Source: Ramazzottius varieornatus
Taxonomy: Eukaryota; Animalia; Tardigrada
Reading direction: 5' to 3'
Assembly: GCA_001949185.1 (NCBI GenBank)
Contig: BDGG01000017.1
Coordinates: 310,001-374,000 of the forward strand
DNA: 64,000 bases
The translations under genes and the position numbers were made by a program. Below are positions 11,135 to 24,272 of this stretch, one piece after another (the first letter of the stretch is position 1; each line of letters opens with the position of its first letter). A model generated the notes under the pieces. It was not told the DNA's origin. It searched no databases and worked only from the letters and a program-made list of their open reading frames with translations.

Positions 11135-13610
11135 GTCTTCTGTTACTTGAGTAAATGGGATGCGCTACTTCAGCAAGGAATCGAATTTATTTCATCAGAT
11201 TCGGAAATCGATACGGCAAAAAAATAACTTGGTTCACTGATTGTTAGCCAAATTATGCATTCTTCAAAGAGGGACGCAAACATCGTCGTTGGTAACTTCC
11301 TGTCTTGTAACCATGGGAGAACAGCCACGAAACGCCGGACAGGGCAAAACTTGACAGAGAAAACTTCAGACACCTTTTTGGCTTTTTCAAGCTTTCAATT
11401 TTTGTATTTTGATAGATTTCTCCTTCTTCAGCCGATGTCAAAATTTCACAATTGTTTTGAACTCAGTCAAAAAATGCGATGTCGTTTTCCGCGGGTAAAA
11501 ATGACCGGACGTAGCTTTTAGCTATGTAGTCGAGAGTCGACCAGAGATAAAGCCAGCAGGAAGGGTAATTCAGCCTTATAGTGGCGGAAATGGTCTAAAG
11601 CCATCCTGAGGCTAGACAGGGTCCCGTTATTTCCGCCCGCCTTTGAAACTATGAACCTCACTGATCGAGTACCGCTTTTTTCTTAAGTGCAATTACCGCA
11701 GACGTTAGATCCCCATTCGAGATCGATAGTGCGACCCCCCTAAGCAAATTTGTTTGCATATAATCTGCCCTGTAAAAAAGCGCATCTGTGTCTGTTACGC
11801 GCTCGTTTTCCGTACCGTAGTTCCCCGAGGAGCTCTCGGCGAAAATGACCGAGGAAGATCCCCAGGGATACCAAACACAGCTTGGTGGAATGCGGTTCCT
11901 TCTAGACGGGAAATTTGTCCGTCGGTTCCGACTACATGAATGGCTCACTTAGAAGAAGTAAAAGTCGTAACTAGATTTATCGCTGTCTGTACTGTCCAAA
12001 GACACTTTCCTTCCAGACGGGAAGTTACCCGTCGTCTCGTGGCTTAAAGGAAGTAAGAGTAACAGTCGTTACCGCAGTCTCTGCTGTCCCAATGCAAGAC
12101 TTTTCCGAACAAAAGTCCCTGAAAGCAGTGTTGGCGAATACGTATGGAATATGCATGGATATGGCCGCGGTATCGCCTGCACAGTATGTGGGGAGATAAG
12201 TACAGTATCGATGTTCGGTGTTGACTGTGTGAGGAGTCATTGTTACCAGTAATGGCGTACATAGGGGCTTGTTCGCTTCGTTGAGTTTTGATATAGCTGG
12301 CCGATCACGATCGTTAAAATCTCAACAGTTACCGCATTATGCATCAGTAGTCCTACTTCCGCATCCCTCTTCCTAATCCATACTGGCCTGATTGCGTCAA
12401 CGTCTTTGTGATCATCCTTTGGCGCAGGCCTTTCAACGCTTGCGTCAACTGCAGCCTCCGCGGCATGTCAATGCGAAGGCCCATAAGTTCACTCAGCCGA
12501 GCATCCAACACTTGACACAATTACTGTATCTCTGATATCCTCTACATTGAGCGGAGAAAATTGTTGGTCGGGCGCGCTCCTTTCCCCCTCAATTAATGCG
12601 GTGCTCTCTGAAGCTTGCAATACGTTCATCGCGGTACTGGGATAAGCTGGCATTTTTTCAAGGAATATTTGCAAAACTTTTTCCTCTGTGTCTGATTGCT
12701 GCCTGCACACTTCAGCCAGCCAGTCTCCGAAATCCAGTACCTTTATGTACGTACCATGCACCACCAAACATCGATTCTCAACCCTGCATGCGCTGCATGG
12801 TCACCTTACCTCCTTAACCATCTCCTTCTTTAACAGATGCAGTTTGCTGCGAAAACGTTTCGGGTTCTTGTCGCGCAGCCTGTGAGAAGGTGAGCCGGCA
12901 AGCTGCCCAATTTTTGAGATTTCCAGTTGCATCTGAGAAAATTAATGTCAGGTCTATCGGTACGGACTAAAGTGTAGTATAGAGACTGACCATTACTGGA
13001 GTGACAGTATAATGACAAGGCTTTCTGGTTCTTGGTGGACCAGCAGATTGCCTGAGAGGGAGCCACATATTTTGCATACCATTGTGCTGCTGTGCTTCTG
13101 CTACTGTCTTTGTTTCCGGCAAAGGGTACATCGATGTCCTGTTCACAGATTACGCTGATTGATCTGGCTACCAAGCCACAGCGACACAGTCTTTTTACCG
13201 CTCATCTGCAGTACCACTGCGCATCAGCCTCAAACCTCGTACGTTCCTTCACTTTCTCTCCCAGTGCCGCAACATTACTACTCGCTTAGTCGCAGTCAAT
13301 TCTCAGCCTCTTGTTTTCTAGGATCACTTCATGCAGTGTTTCGAAAACACAACGAAAGGTACGGTGAATGTCCAACAATGAAACTAATTCATGCAAACTT
13401 ACTGTTTGCCCAGCATGTGACTTTTGACTTTGGGCAGAGTTGCAACGAGGTTCCAACTGGTCGGGAAGAGAGTGTTGCGGATACGCCAAGGATGTCCGAT
13501 GTGGCAGTGCCTGCATCTATGTTAGTGCCTTTTTGTAACATCCCTTTCTGGCTTTACGTCCCTCAATCCAATTAACAGCCCTTTCTCGCATGAATGAAAA
13601 CTGATTGAAT

Positions 13611-16600
13611 ATGGCAAGGAAACTCATCACGATCTTGTGCTGTAGGCGCAATCATTGTACGAGCTGGAACCGGTTTGTTGGCCTAGCAAAGAACGGGGCT
13701 TATACCAGTGCTTTCATTTACGATCAGGTTCGTGCACACAATAGCTATACCCATCAGAATCTTGCAATTGGCAATAAGCTGTGCCTGCTTTCAACTGCGT
13801 TCGGAATCGCGTAAATCGAAACTTTACTCCGGGATATAAGTCAAGAACCTCTCCGGAGCGCAGATGAAGTCGACAAGATTACTGTCCGAAGTGGCGCACG
13901 TTGACAGTGCTATAGGCTGGAAGCGTGCGCCTTCTGTAAAATGTGCCAGCCATTGTCAGCAGGGCGAGGTCGTTTGCCTAGTCCCAGTTTCAAGCAGTAA
14001 AACTGTTATGAGCTGTTGTGCGTCAGCTGAAGTTGGCTTTTCTTTCAGAAGCTTCAAAGTGTTGTAGTGTCAGTCGTATACTGTCCCAAGAGAACTTACA
14101 TGTTGCTGCTGGGAAAGTCTACGGAAGTACCCGCAATACCAGTCTGGCCAGGTCGTCGCAATGCGAGGACTACTGCATAGACCTCTTGCCGACCAGCAGC
14201 GAACGGCCAACCTTGTCTTACGTCGATCTCATCCTCCTTCACCCCATGTGCGGAGGTACAAGTATCTCGGTGGTCCACAAAATCGCTGGCTATATTACGG
14301 TATTATGACTCTTCGGCTCTACAGGATCGTGGGAGACAGTGCATTGCATATGGAAGTTGGTGAACATTCCGACATACCCATTAGACTGCGCCGAATGCTG
14401 TCATGTCTCGTCCAGCTTTTTGTGCCGGTCGGCCTGCCGACAGGTGGCGGACCAGGACGTGTCCGGGGTGGCGGCCATCGAACTGTTGATCACGGCGGGC
14501 TGCGGCCCACCCGACCCAGCGGAAGCCTTTTGGACATGTCTTCTGAAGGTGTTGGATATCGAGAAAAGTCTGCCTTTTCTCACCACAAGCGCCCCCATCA
14601 ATCAAGTCATTCTTCCCTCTCACTGCTGTTACCGAGCTGCCGACCCTTCTTGCACAAATGTCTGCTTGAGCCAGCTGGTAAGTTCAAAGTGTTACACATT
14701 AGTGGCCCTCGATAAGACATATAACAATGAAGACAAATAAATCCTCTTCTAAAAGAACACCACCTTACTGGCTCGGGACCTTTCCCCCACGGAATCGCAG
14801 GATCTTTCCTCGTGCCTTCGACGGAAAGAAGAAGAGCCAATGCGTTCTTGTCTTACAAGCGGTATTGAAGTGTTTCGAGTTTTAGCCCGTTTGTCTACCT
14901 CGGCGGAAATGCAGAGTTTTTGCGCCCTTGCAGTGCAAAGACCTTGCCAGCGAGGTTGCGATGATCAGCTGAATTTCTGTGCCTTCGTCCTGGCCGACCA
15001 CGGTCCTGCCAAATATTATCGCCAGTGCAACATTCACAGCGATGACCGCGCTCGGCAGCATTTCAGCCAGCTGACCCGACAAAGTCAACTGGTTCTCACA
15101 CACAATTTGACCAATGCCTATCGCGTTAGCATCGAAGCCTCATGCCATCCAATCTGGAAGAGCCTTTTGTGCCATGTCCATATCCTGCCTTGCCAACCAA
15201 AAAGCTGGCTAACCACAACCTCATGCATGTTCGTGTACCATCCCACATGTACTGTGAAAGCCTCCTTATAAGCTTGCATACGGATATATGATTGTCTTGT
15301 CTGCTTTTGGTAGGAAACAGTGCGTGAGCGCCGTTCAGACATGCTTGATATCGCCTGCGCCCACCACAGCTGCGGATATCTGTCGTCAAGTGCCTTGTCC
15401 CTTCGGTCTAACGTTTCCACCGCTGCCTGTTCTACCTTTTGCGGAATTGGAGGACGATCTCGCAGATAAGAGGCTTGATGAAGAGCTGCCACCGTCGTGC
15501 TTATGTAATGCCACACATGCGCACTGCGAGATGCGCCGTCCACTGGCCGAGAAAACTTCTAGCAGCAGCCATGTCTGCCTTGCGGGCTGTACAGTGTGGA
15601 AGCCGGCGTCGCTGGTTACGCGAAATGGAAACAGCCAAGGCCCTAGTGTCAGCCGGCGGACGGTGGCCGCAGGTGATGTCATCATCGTCCCCGATATGAG
15701 CTCACGGCCGGAAGATGGCGTCTGCTACGCGGTCTGTAGCTGCAGCGGCCATGATCTGGTGACCAAATGTCAGGACTTGGAGCTGTGCGAACGAAGAATT
15801 GGCTGCTGGGTCAATCACGTTTACTACGGTAAGCATTCTCACGAGTCTGGCCGTCCGTCTGACGCATGTCCTATTCGAGACCATCAAGTACCGTACACGC
15901 AAGACGGGAAATTATAGGGCCAGTAAAAATCATGGGACCAGGCGGAAAAGACGGCAGATTGGAAATTCAAACATAGAAAAGTGTCCAAAAGTGCATTACT
16001 ATGAATCGGTCGTGTACGTACGCGCTTCGTACTGCCGTAGCGAAAAGGCCTGGTTCCATAATTATTACTGACCCCATAATTTGCCGTCGTGCGTGTACAC
16101 CCACCAAGAGAAAGTCTGGACCAAGCGAGAAAGGCGGTACCGTACGGTTCACCCGTAGAAAATTGTCGGAAAGTGCATTCAGGTTCACGAAGTTCAAAAG
16201 TTTCTTGACAGTTTTCTACGGTTGAAGTTGACGTTGTCGCCGTCTTCGCTTGGTCGCGACTTTCTCTTGGTCCGTGTACGTACTGTTGGACAGATGTTGA
16301 GAGCATTGCAATATTTTTCCTGCACAGAACACGGAGCCAGCTTTTACCGCGCTTGTAGTCGGTGCGTGTGTTTCGCGGGAGAAGCAGTCTGCAGCGCCGG
16401 TTACTGTATCGTGGAAGCTCAGCGAGACGAGGAGCGTAACGCTCTGACCGGACTGCCCTGCAGGTACAGTAAGAGTAACAGGGAGATACCTGGCTGTTAT
16501 GAGCCAGCAAACCAAGGCAGAGACTTTTGCAGTTGTCCGACTGAACTGAACCGAGTTTGCGGTTCCAACGGCAAGACCTATCCGACAGAATGCTCAGCTC

Positions 16601-17889
16601 GCTGCTCTGGCCTAACCGAGCATTATTTCCGGGGTGGCATTTGCTCGGTGGAAGTGGCCTCCATCTGTTCGCGCGTCAGCTGCGCAGCCGACGAATGGTG
16701 TGTGGAACGAGCGGAAGTGTGCCTTAGCCATGTCCATCCCTGCCAACAATTTCGATGTGGTAAGCTCCTTCCTTCCGTCATCTCGTCCCGCTGTATCAAA
16801 TGACTCCGTTAACCTTACAGTGAACATCAAGAGCAACTGCAGCGAACAACCGGTCGATGTGGCCTGCGACACCTTGGGTGAAGAACATGCCAACCTGTGC
16901 CACCTTCTGCTGTCCGGTCGGCATTTGGGCTACATGGGTAAATGCCTGCAAGGATGCAGTAGCCGCAGCGGCCTGGTTTGTGGACAGAACACTGAAACGT
17001 ACCCCTCGGAGTGTCAGGCGCTGGCTGGCAGAATTGGTGTGGACTACAGTGGAAAGTGCCTGACTGTCGGCGGACGCATTGGTGAGATGGGCGACGCTAC
17101 CTTCTCAAAATTTATACCTTCATTTCGATGGAAATATCTATGCCGATCACTGACAAGCACTGTCATCTCTCTGAGCAGAAAAGGGTATAGCCGACACGTG
17201 CCAACAAGTGGCCTCGCGTTGCCCTCCCAATGGCCATCCGCATTGTGTCGGCTTGGTTCCTCCCGATGCCTGTTGCCCAATCTGCGGTAAATGAATGCCT
17301 TCTTGCTCTTATTTTTCAGTCCTGAATTTAGCCGGCTTAATTCTTGACAGCGGGTGCGCTAAGGGTGCTCTTCTCCAAGCGTCGATTGGATAGCCTGGCC
17401 GAGCGACGTCTGGTGGAAATGACCACTCGCCGCGTCATGACCGAGCTGGAACGGCTGCTGGATACGGCCGACTGTCGTACCCTGGGCTACCTAACCATGG
17501 AGAATGACCTGGTCCTTCTGGTGCAGGCCCTCTTCCCAACCAACAGCTCGTCTTTCCTGCAAACTTCCCAGGTGACAAGCCTCTCTCTCTACCGACTAGC
17601 TCTTCTTCACATAGACATGACTCGGTCGGTTTTCTTTTTGTAGCTGGAGGTTTGCGTGGCGGAAGCCGAACGACTGCATTACATGATCGTATCGCAGCAT
17701 CCTCTGCTGACTTTGAACGCCTACCTTTGGCCCCTCATCTCCTCCAAAATAATCCACCATCCTTTGAAACAGAGCAACACAGCGCCTCCTCGCTTGCGCC
17801 TGTGCTTCTTCCCCCTTTATCTCAACTGTTTCTGCTTCAAAATTGTCAAGGCTGTGTTTATGGTTGTGTTGACAGTCTTGCTCAGGTGA
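13611..17889 (+). CDS. RECK: RECK (reversion-inducing cysteine-rich protein with Kazal motifs), multi-exon, GPI-type C-terminus
   Basis: CC domains (CCHVSSSFLCRSACRQ..GCGPPDPAEAFWTCL), Frizzled-like CRD (CQRGC..FC..CNIHSD..WKSLLCHVHILPC), HGASFYRACSRCVCFAG, three Kazal-like units (VCGSNGKTYPTEC), EAERLHYMI and a hydrophobic tail. The first two exons are tentative. Confidence 0.9.
13865..13945. repeat. Inverted-box array (single pair), in putative RECK intron 2
   Basis: gtcgacaagatt..aagtggcgcac-N25-gtgcgcc. Confidence 0.75.
15896..16095. mobile_element. MITE family A, copy 2, in RECK intron
   Basis: TA|CACGC...GCGTG|TA with long TIRs; homologous to 83-279. Confidence 0.9.
16098..16276. mobile_element. 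MITE family B (foldback), abutting family A copy 2
   Basis: TA|cacccaccaagagaaagtc...gactttctcttggtccgtg|TA, plus an inner inverted repeat ttcacccgtagaaaattgtc / gacagttttctacggttgaa. Confidence 0.8.
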
Positions 17890-18150
17890 AAAGTTTCATT
17901 GTTTTCCCCCGGTCACACCGTGGAAACCTTTTCCTACACTGTGTATGTCCCGCCGAAAGTATGGTATCTTCTGTGCTGAGAGAGGCGCCCTTCACGTGTA
18001 GACAGTTATGCTGACAAATGGGCCCAACAAAGAAGGGCCTAACCTTAGCCCAAATCAGGGCCAGTACGGAAACGATAAGATTGTAAAGGTGAATCACCAA
18101 ATTCGCTACTTTGACTTTGAACGCCTACCTGACTTTGAACGCCTACCTCT

Positions 18151-21100
18151 ATGCGTGCATATTCGGGCAGCACGACGTTCTTGGTTGCCATCATGGGTAG
18201 CGACCACCGCAAGTTCTGGGAGACACGTTGGTTTCTCAGTATCCTTCTTGCAGTTATGATTTTTCTGTGTTTTCTGACCATTACTTTTGGGGCTCTTTGG
18301 GCCAGCGCAGGAGCGCCGAATTTGATCCAGGATGTTTTGAGGTGATAATCTGAAAGCTCCAACTACGAATAATTTGGGTTTTTCAGCCCTGCGCTAGATA
18401 GTACGGATGGACTTTCTTGTCGCGGCTGTAGTAAGTCGCTCGCCACAGAGTACAAGTTACGTAATAACTCATGTCTTTATGGGGCAGGACGCCAGCGACC
18501 CCGGAGCAGAATAGCAGTGGTCAGCCCAGTTCTGCCATCTGCACCACACCAGCCTGTGTAGCTGCAGGTAAGCCAGGGAAATCCGCCTTCATCTCCAGGA
18601 TTCTAACCAGTCTCGCTCTAACACGTATTTTGCGCTATTTCAGCTTATCGCTTGAATCGAGCTATGAACAAGTATGAGCTGTCTTTAAGTCCAAGTTGGA
18701 GTTTTGATTGGTTTGGGTATTGAGTGTAGAGTCGCAGTCGTCAAACGTGTACTTTGGCCCTTAATTTCCTTGCAGAAAAGTTGGACCATGTGACGATTTC
18801 TACGACTACGCCTGCGGAAGCTTCAGCCAGACGGAGGCGATTCCCGAAGGCAAGACTTCGTGGGACGCCTTCGAAATCCTCCAACGTCAGGTTTATGGCG
18901 ACCTACGGGCTATCTTGACAGCCCCTGATATCGACGGGAATCTACACAGCACGCCTACGGACAACATCACCCAAAACATGCAGCGCTACTTTCACAGCTG
19001 TGTTGACACCAGTAACTATACGACACGATTTGATTGTGCTGATACAATTATAATTGATGGATCGGTGCTTGTTCGATAATGGGCGTGAGTGGTTTGTAGG
19101 CAAGATATTCCAGCATATGCGCAGACTGGAACCACTGGCTGAACTGTTGGACAAAGAGTTTCAAATTTCCTTGGCTGATTGGCCCCTGACCGAGGGGAAG
19201 AGCGCCGTTGCCGATCCACAACGTCTTAAACAGGCCATCATGGCGGCTCGCAAATACGGCAACTCGCTAGGTATACTCAATAACTATCTCGGTGCTGGCA
19301 TGAGCCATGCAGAGCACAACGCCATTGTCTTCAACACCGGAACGTTCACCCTGGACAGTTTTATACTGCTGGATGACAATCGCCCTGATATCCATAATGC
19401 TTATGTGGACTACATGGTCGATGTAGCCTTTTGGATTCAACGGCTCTTGGGCAACGAGCAAAGCGCTGCCCTGATAGAGAACTATCGCCCTGTCTTCCAG
19501 GACATCCTCCAATTTGAAAGGGCTCTTGCTAACGTAAGTGCACTACCGGAATACACAATGTATGGACCCACCTCAGTAATGTGTCGGCGTTGTGATCCCA
19601 TAGGTTTCACGAGATGCAGAATACGCAGACAAAGTGTTGGAGATATCCCTGGTTGACTTTGCCAAGGTGTTTTTCAGTCCGTTTGGCGGTAGCAAACCGA
19701 CAGCTCTTCATATGCAGGCAGAGGAATGGGTGCAGTATTTCAAGACCGCCTGGGCTTCTTCGGCCCAGAATATCACTGTTACTACCAACATTGTGGTCAA
19801 TGATCCTGGCTACTATGTAAACCTGAACCTGCTCCTCAGCGGCCTGAAGTCCTCTGACACGTACGAATTATTCCTCAGCAGGAAACTTGAAACTTGCAAC
19901 TTACCCACTTAGCTAATGTTTTGAAAACATCAAAACAGGGTGAATCAAACAAACGACAACTAACTGATTTTGAAAATCAAAGTACCGGTATTAATATGAA
20001 GGCATTCGCTGGAAGCTCTGAAGGTTGCAAGACAGTTGGTGGTTTGAGGAAAACGATGCAGCAAAGGACCGATGCTGGCCATGGTAGTTTTCTTAGTTAA
20101 CCCAGCAAGTTAAAAAAGATTCTGGGTATAATGTACATAGTGCATCTTGATTGTATGATGTTCGGAGTGGAAGACCCGTATTGCCCGAACAGCGATTACG
20201 CTTCGCAAAGCTTACTGCCAGCCAAAATGTTACTGAAGGCAATTGGGGAAAACCGGTGAAGATTTTTCTTCCTATCGGTGAAAAGTTTGTTTCGTCATTT
20301 CAGAAACAGAGCCTCCCTTTGTTTCGTCAATCGCGGAGCGAATTACTCATCCTGAATCTTTAGACATTTCTAAATGCCATCGTTTTGACCAGACTGTCGT
20401 TTGTTCAAACCATCTGTGCAAATTGCGAGGTCTGTATTGTACCCAGTCTGTATACGGAATATACCTTATTCTTGTTGTCGAAGGTTTTTGTGGAATTACG
20501 TCGTGTGGAAAGTGATCGAACCTTTGGTCAGACATCTGGGCGACCAAGGTGAAGCCACCTATCAACGCTTCCGCAAAAGTGTCTATGTTGAAGCCGTCAA
20601 CGGCAATCCATCCCGATCGGGAATGTGCATTGACACACTCATCGAACACTTTCCCAATGCCATTGAACACCTTTATATCAAGAACTTTTCCCATCGACAA
20701 GTCAAGAGAAGCGTACGTATACGTAACGGTTGCCCCAGCCCATCATCCCTAATTTCGCGGTACTCATCGACTGATGTCGTTTGTAGGTGGAGATTATGGC
20801 AGAGTATGTCATGGTCGCCTTCAGAGAAATGGTCAAAGAATCCGACTGGCTGTCTGCATCAGATCGCATCTGGTTTCTTGGCAAAGCCGACAAGATGACC
20901 AAAACGATTGGCTACGACGAGTATCTGACCAGCGACAGCGCTCAAGCCCTCAACTCAGAGCATGAAGCTTTCCAGCCTGACCGAAGCAATATCTACTTCA
21001 ACAACTATATGAAAGGTCGCGCTTTCCAGACTCGAGTCGAAGGAGAAATGTTTGGCAAGCGAGATGGTAGTAGCGGAAGGATGTCCATACCCAAGGCCGT

Positions 21101-22421
21101 TAGTGCCTTCTATGCACCACGTCGCAACTCTGTCAGTACGCTAAGCCATATTTGAAAAGTCGTCAAAGTCGGAACTTCGCTGTTACTGTTGTGATGCAAT
21201 CTTGTCAGGACAGCTTTGTATTGTAGCCATTCCAGCTGGTTTCTTACAAGAGCCCATGTTCGGAGCAGATTACCCGTGGTACTGGAATTTCGCTGTGACC
21301 GGATCTGCCATAGGCCATGAGATCACCCATGCATTCGATGCCGAAGGTCCCAACGGTCCTTTGCTTTGAATTTATGACATATCTGACTTGCCGATAACTA
21401 GTGCAAATGTTGTTGGTAGATGTCCTGCTGGACGGCGATGGGGCGCCCTGGGACAAATCGGGAATGAGCAACGAGACTTTGAAGCTTTTCGAACAGCGCG
21501 CTGGAACAATCGTCAACCAATACAGCAACTACAGTTTGGCAGGAGAAGACTATTTGAGTGAAAACATTGCTGATAACGGTGGGCTGAAAGCATCTTACAT
21601 GGTAGGAGAAAAGCCACAGCTCGTTTGGAAGAGTTGACTTCAGAACGATATATCGATTCCACAGCTGTGAGGCTCAACCTGACCACCTTACCCTGTGCTT
21701 TTGTAGGCCTACCAAAAATTCCGTGATGATGCCTTCATGGGCAAGGAAGAGACTATTCTCCCTGGTTTCGAACACTTTACCACTGGTAATAGATTCCACC
21801 TTTCGCATTGTCCCAGCAATGACATGCAGCACACGCACGATGGGTAATTATGGGACACTGGAAACTATGTGACAGGCCTTTTCGCTACGACGTACGGTAC
21901 GGTACGTACACGACCGGGGTCAAAGTAATACACTTTCGACACTTTTCTACGTTCGAATTTTCATTTTGCCATCCTTTCCGCCCAGTGCCATAATTCTTAC
22001 TGTCCCATAATTATCCATCGTGCGTGTACTGTTACTATGTTCATTGTCGAAGCGAAAATTAAGGCATCCTTCCCGCTATACAGACCAGATGTTCTTCTTG
22101 AGCTACGCGCATCTTTGGTGCGAAGCTACGCGTCCGATCACGAGCGACGAGTCCCACGGTAAGTTACCCAGTCGAACACATGTGCGTACGTATACACCAT
22201 AACTTGTCCGGAGTAAACGACTGCAGGACACGTCTAGGCAGCCCCGCCAGTACCAGCGGCGTTATAAGTGGCTTTTTTCTGCTTTTGTAGCTGCATACTC
22301 GCACAGTCCCGCAAGATTCCGGGTCATTGGTCCCCTGCATAACTCTGCCAAGTTCTCTGAAGCCTACCAGTGCGGACCGCAAACCTACATGAACGCCACG
22401 AAGAAGGCAGCGGTTTGGTGA
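18151..22421 (+). CDS. M13 family zinc metalloendopeptidase (neprilysin/ECE-like), type II membrane protein, many exons; start uncertain
   Basis: N-terminal TM (WFLSILLAVMIFLCFLTITFGALW), CTTPACV, PCDDFYDYACG, AIGHEITHAFD, SENIADNGG, HSPARFRVIG and the MN...VW terminus. Confidence 0.92.
21832..22026. mobile_element. MITE family A, copy 3 (opposite orientation), in neprilysin intron
   Basis: cacgcacgatgggtaattatggg...cccataattatccatcgtgcgtg|TA; interior is the reverse complement of copies 1 and 2. Confidence 0.85.
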
Positions 22422-24087
22422 ACACTGCTGTCAGACATATCTAGTGTGCTTTTCTTTGAAACAGTACAAAGCCGGCAATTAACCTCTCCTACCCGGTATC
22501 AAACGTCATTTGAGGCCGTTCGCGACCGACTTTTCCATTGTCTTTTTGAGCAGAAAGTGAGCTTTTTTGACATCAAGTTGTAGATCTTAACGGGGTACAT
22601 TCGATTCCGAGCGCGACAAGCGCGACAACCACGGAAAACCGTGAACGCGTGGTCAGAATTTTAATGAACCCCTCCACCCTTGGTAAAGAACGAATACTGG
22701 TTCGGGCTGGCTCGAAAACTTCCGGTCGAAGCATGTGGAAAGAAAGTTATCGATAAGTTTATTTAATGATAAAGCAAACCTTTAATGAAGTGTATTGATC
22801 GAAGTAGACTGAATCCAATGTAAAATCAAGCTTGATAAGTACCATAAAACTGACGGTTGTTCAGTGCACGACATCTGACGGGAAAAATTTTCAGTGTACA
22901 GTGTAGAAAATGCGTCCCATCCGGCGATCACCTGGTCTTGCTACAGCAATCATGGATAACCAATGTCATGTAACCACCGAAAGGGATGCATTTTGATCAC
23001 TATACGAGCGTAAGATGCTTTGGTAAACAAAACACGGTAGTCTGACGCTTCAGTTTTCCATCAGAACTTGCTGTGGTCACTTGCAGGTAATCACAGTAAC
23101 TATGACTAGATGCATCACATGTCTAGACAATGCACTAAGTCTGTGTGTAAAAGTTGTATGTAAATGCTGAAATTATACTGTACTACGGAGACGCATGTTG
23201 AACAGCTCGACTCGAATTATAAAATCCTCAAAACATTACCTAAAACACGTCCCAGCGTTTCGCTGATACCGGTACCACGCACCCTCAACCTAAAAAAGTA
23301 TATCACAAGTACTACGCGTCCGACAGCTTTACTGCTTGCACAAAACATTCCCTATTGAATGTTCTACAAAGTAGCATCAGCCGTTTTGAACCGACCCTCG
23401 ACACCCCACACGGAAAAAAACCGTTTCCTGAACAATTCGAAATTTCACGCAATGGGAAAGTCCATCGCATTTGAATCAATCCTCATTTGAAGTCGGAGCT
23501 AGGGACGAATAAAACTGCCGACATTCCAAGCAGATTTCGTTGTTCGTTCGTGTTGAGTTTTCAGAGTCTTTCCAACGCTTTATTCTTCCTTTTCCACGCA
23601 ATCATGTTCAGCCAAGCGTCGGGGCGGTTACCTTTATCAGGACTCGGAGTTAACAGCGGGCCGCTAAAGCATTCTGGTACACGCCATCGGTTTCGGTCAT
23701 GATGTAAGCTCCGTTTCACGAGTACCGTACTTTTAAATTTCGTCTGTTTAAGTTCAGAGAAGATTCCAATCGAGTTGAAACATTGTCTGCGACTACATGT
23801 ATATTTGTCCATCAAAGCTATCGGATGGCCGTTGCAGAAAGTTGAGATCAGCTCTTGGTCATCCCGCTACCGGGGAAGATCAGCTGATGAGATCTGCTTC
23901 CCCCCAGTATGACCCTGGTACGAGCTCGTACGAGCTGGTTACAAATTGTGAGCCGCTCCATCGATAGCGGAGGCCTTGACTAGCCCTACCCGAAGAGCAA
24001 TTGCGCATTCCTGAACCACATCTCTCTGGCCTGTCACGCCATCTGTGCTTGAGCACCATACATACACTGCCCCTCCGTTAAACGGTA

Positions 24088-24272
24088 CGCGCGCAAAGGG
24101 AAAATTGGAACGGTAGAACGTTTGAGTCAGACGGCCAAACTCGAAATTCAACCATGGAAAATTGCCAAAAAGTGCATTGCTGTGGACTGCCCACGTACGT
24201 ACGCACTTCCGTTCCCCTGTTTCGGAATTGCCTGACCCATCTTTTTACTGTTCCAAACTTTCCCTTCGTGCG
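24088..24272. mobile_element. Divergent family A-related MITE
   Basis: TIRs cgcgcaaagggaaaattggaacggtag / tactgttccaaactttcccttcgtgcg; interior aaaagtgcatt..acgtacgcacttccg resembles family A. Confidence 0.6.

Noticed and set aside
20122-20446. Possible TIR pair ctgggtataat / attgtacccag in a neprilysin intron
   Set aside because: Match too short and the interior is not seen elsewhere.
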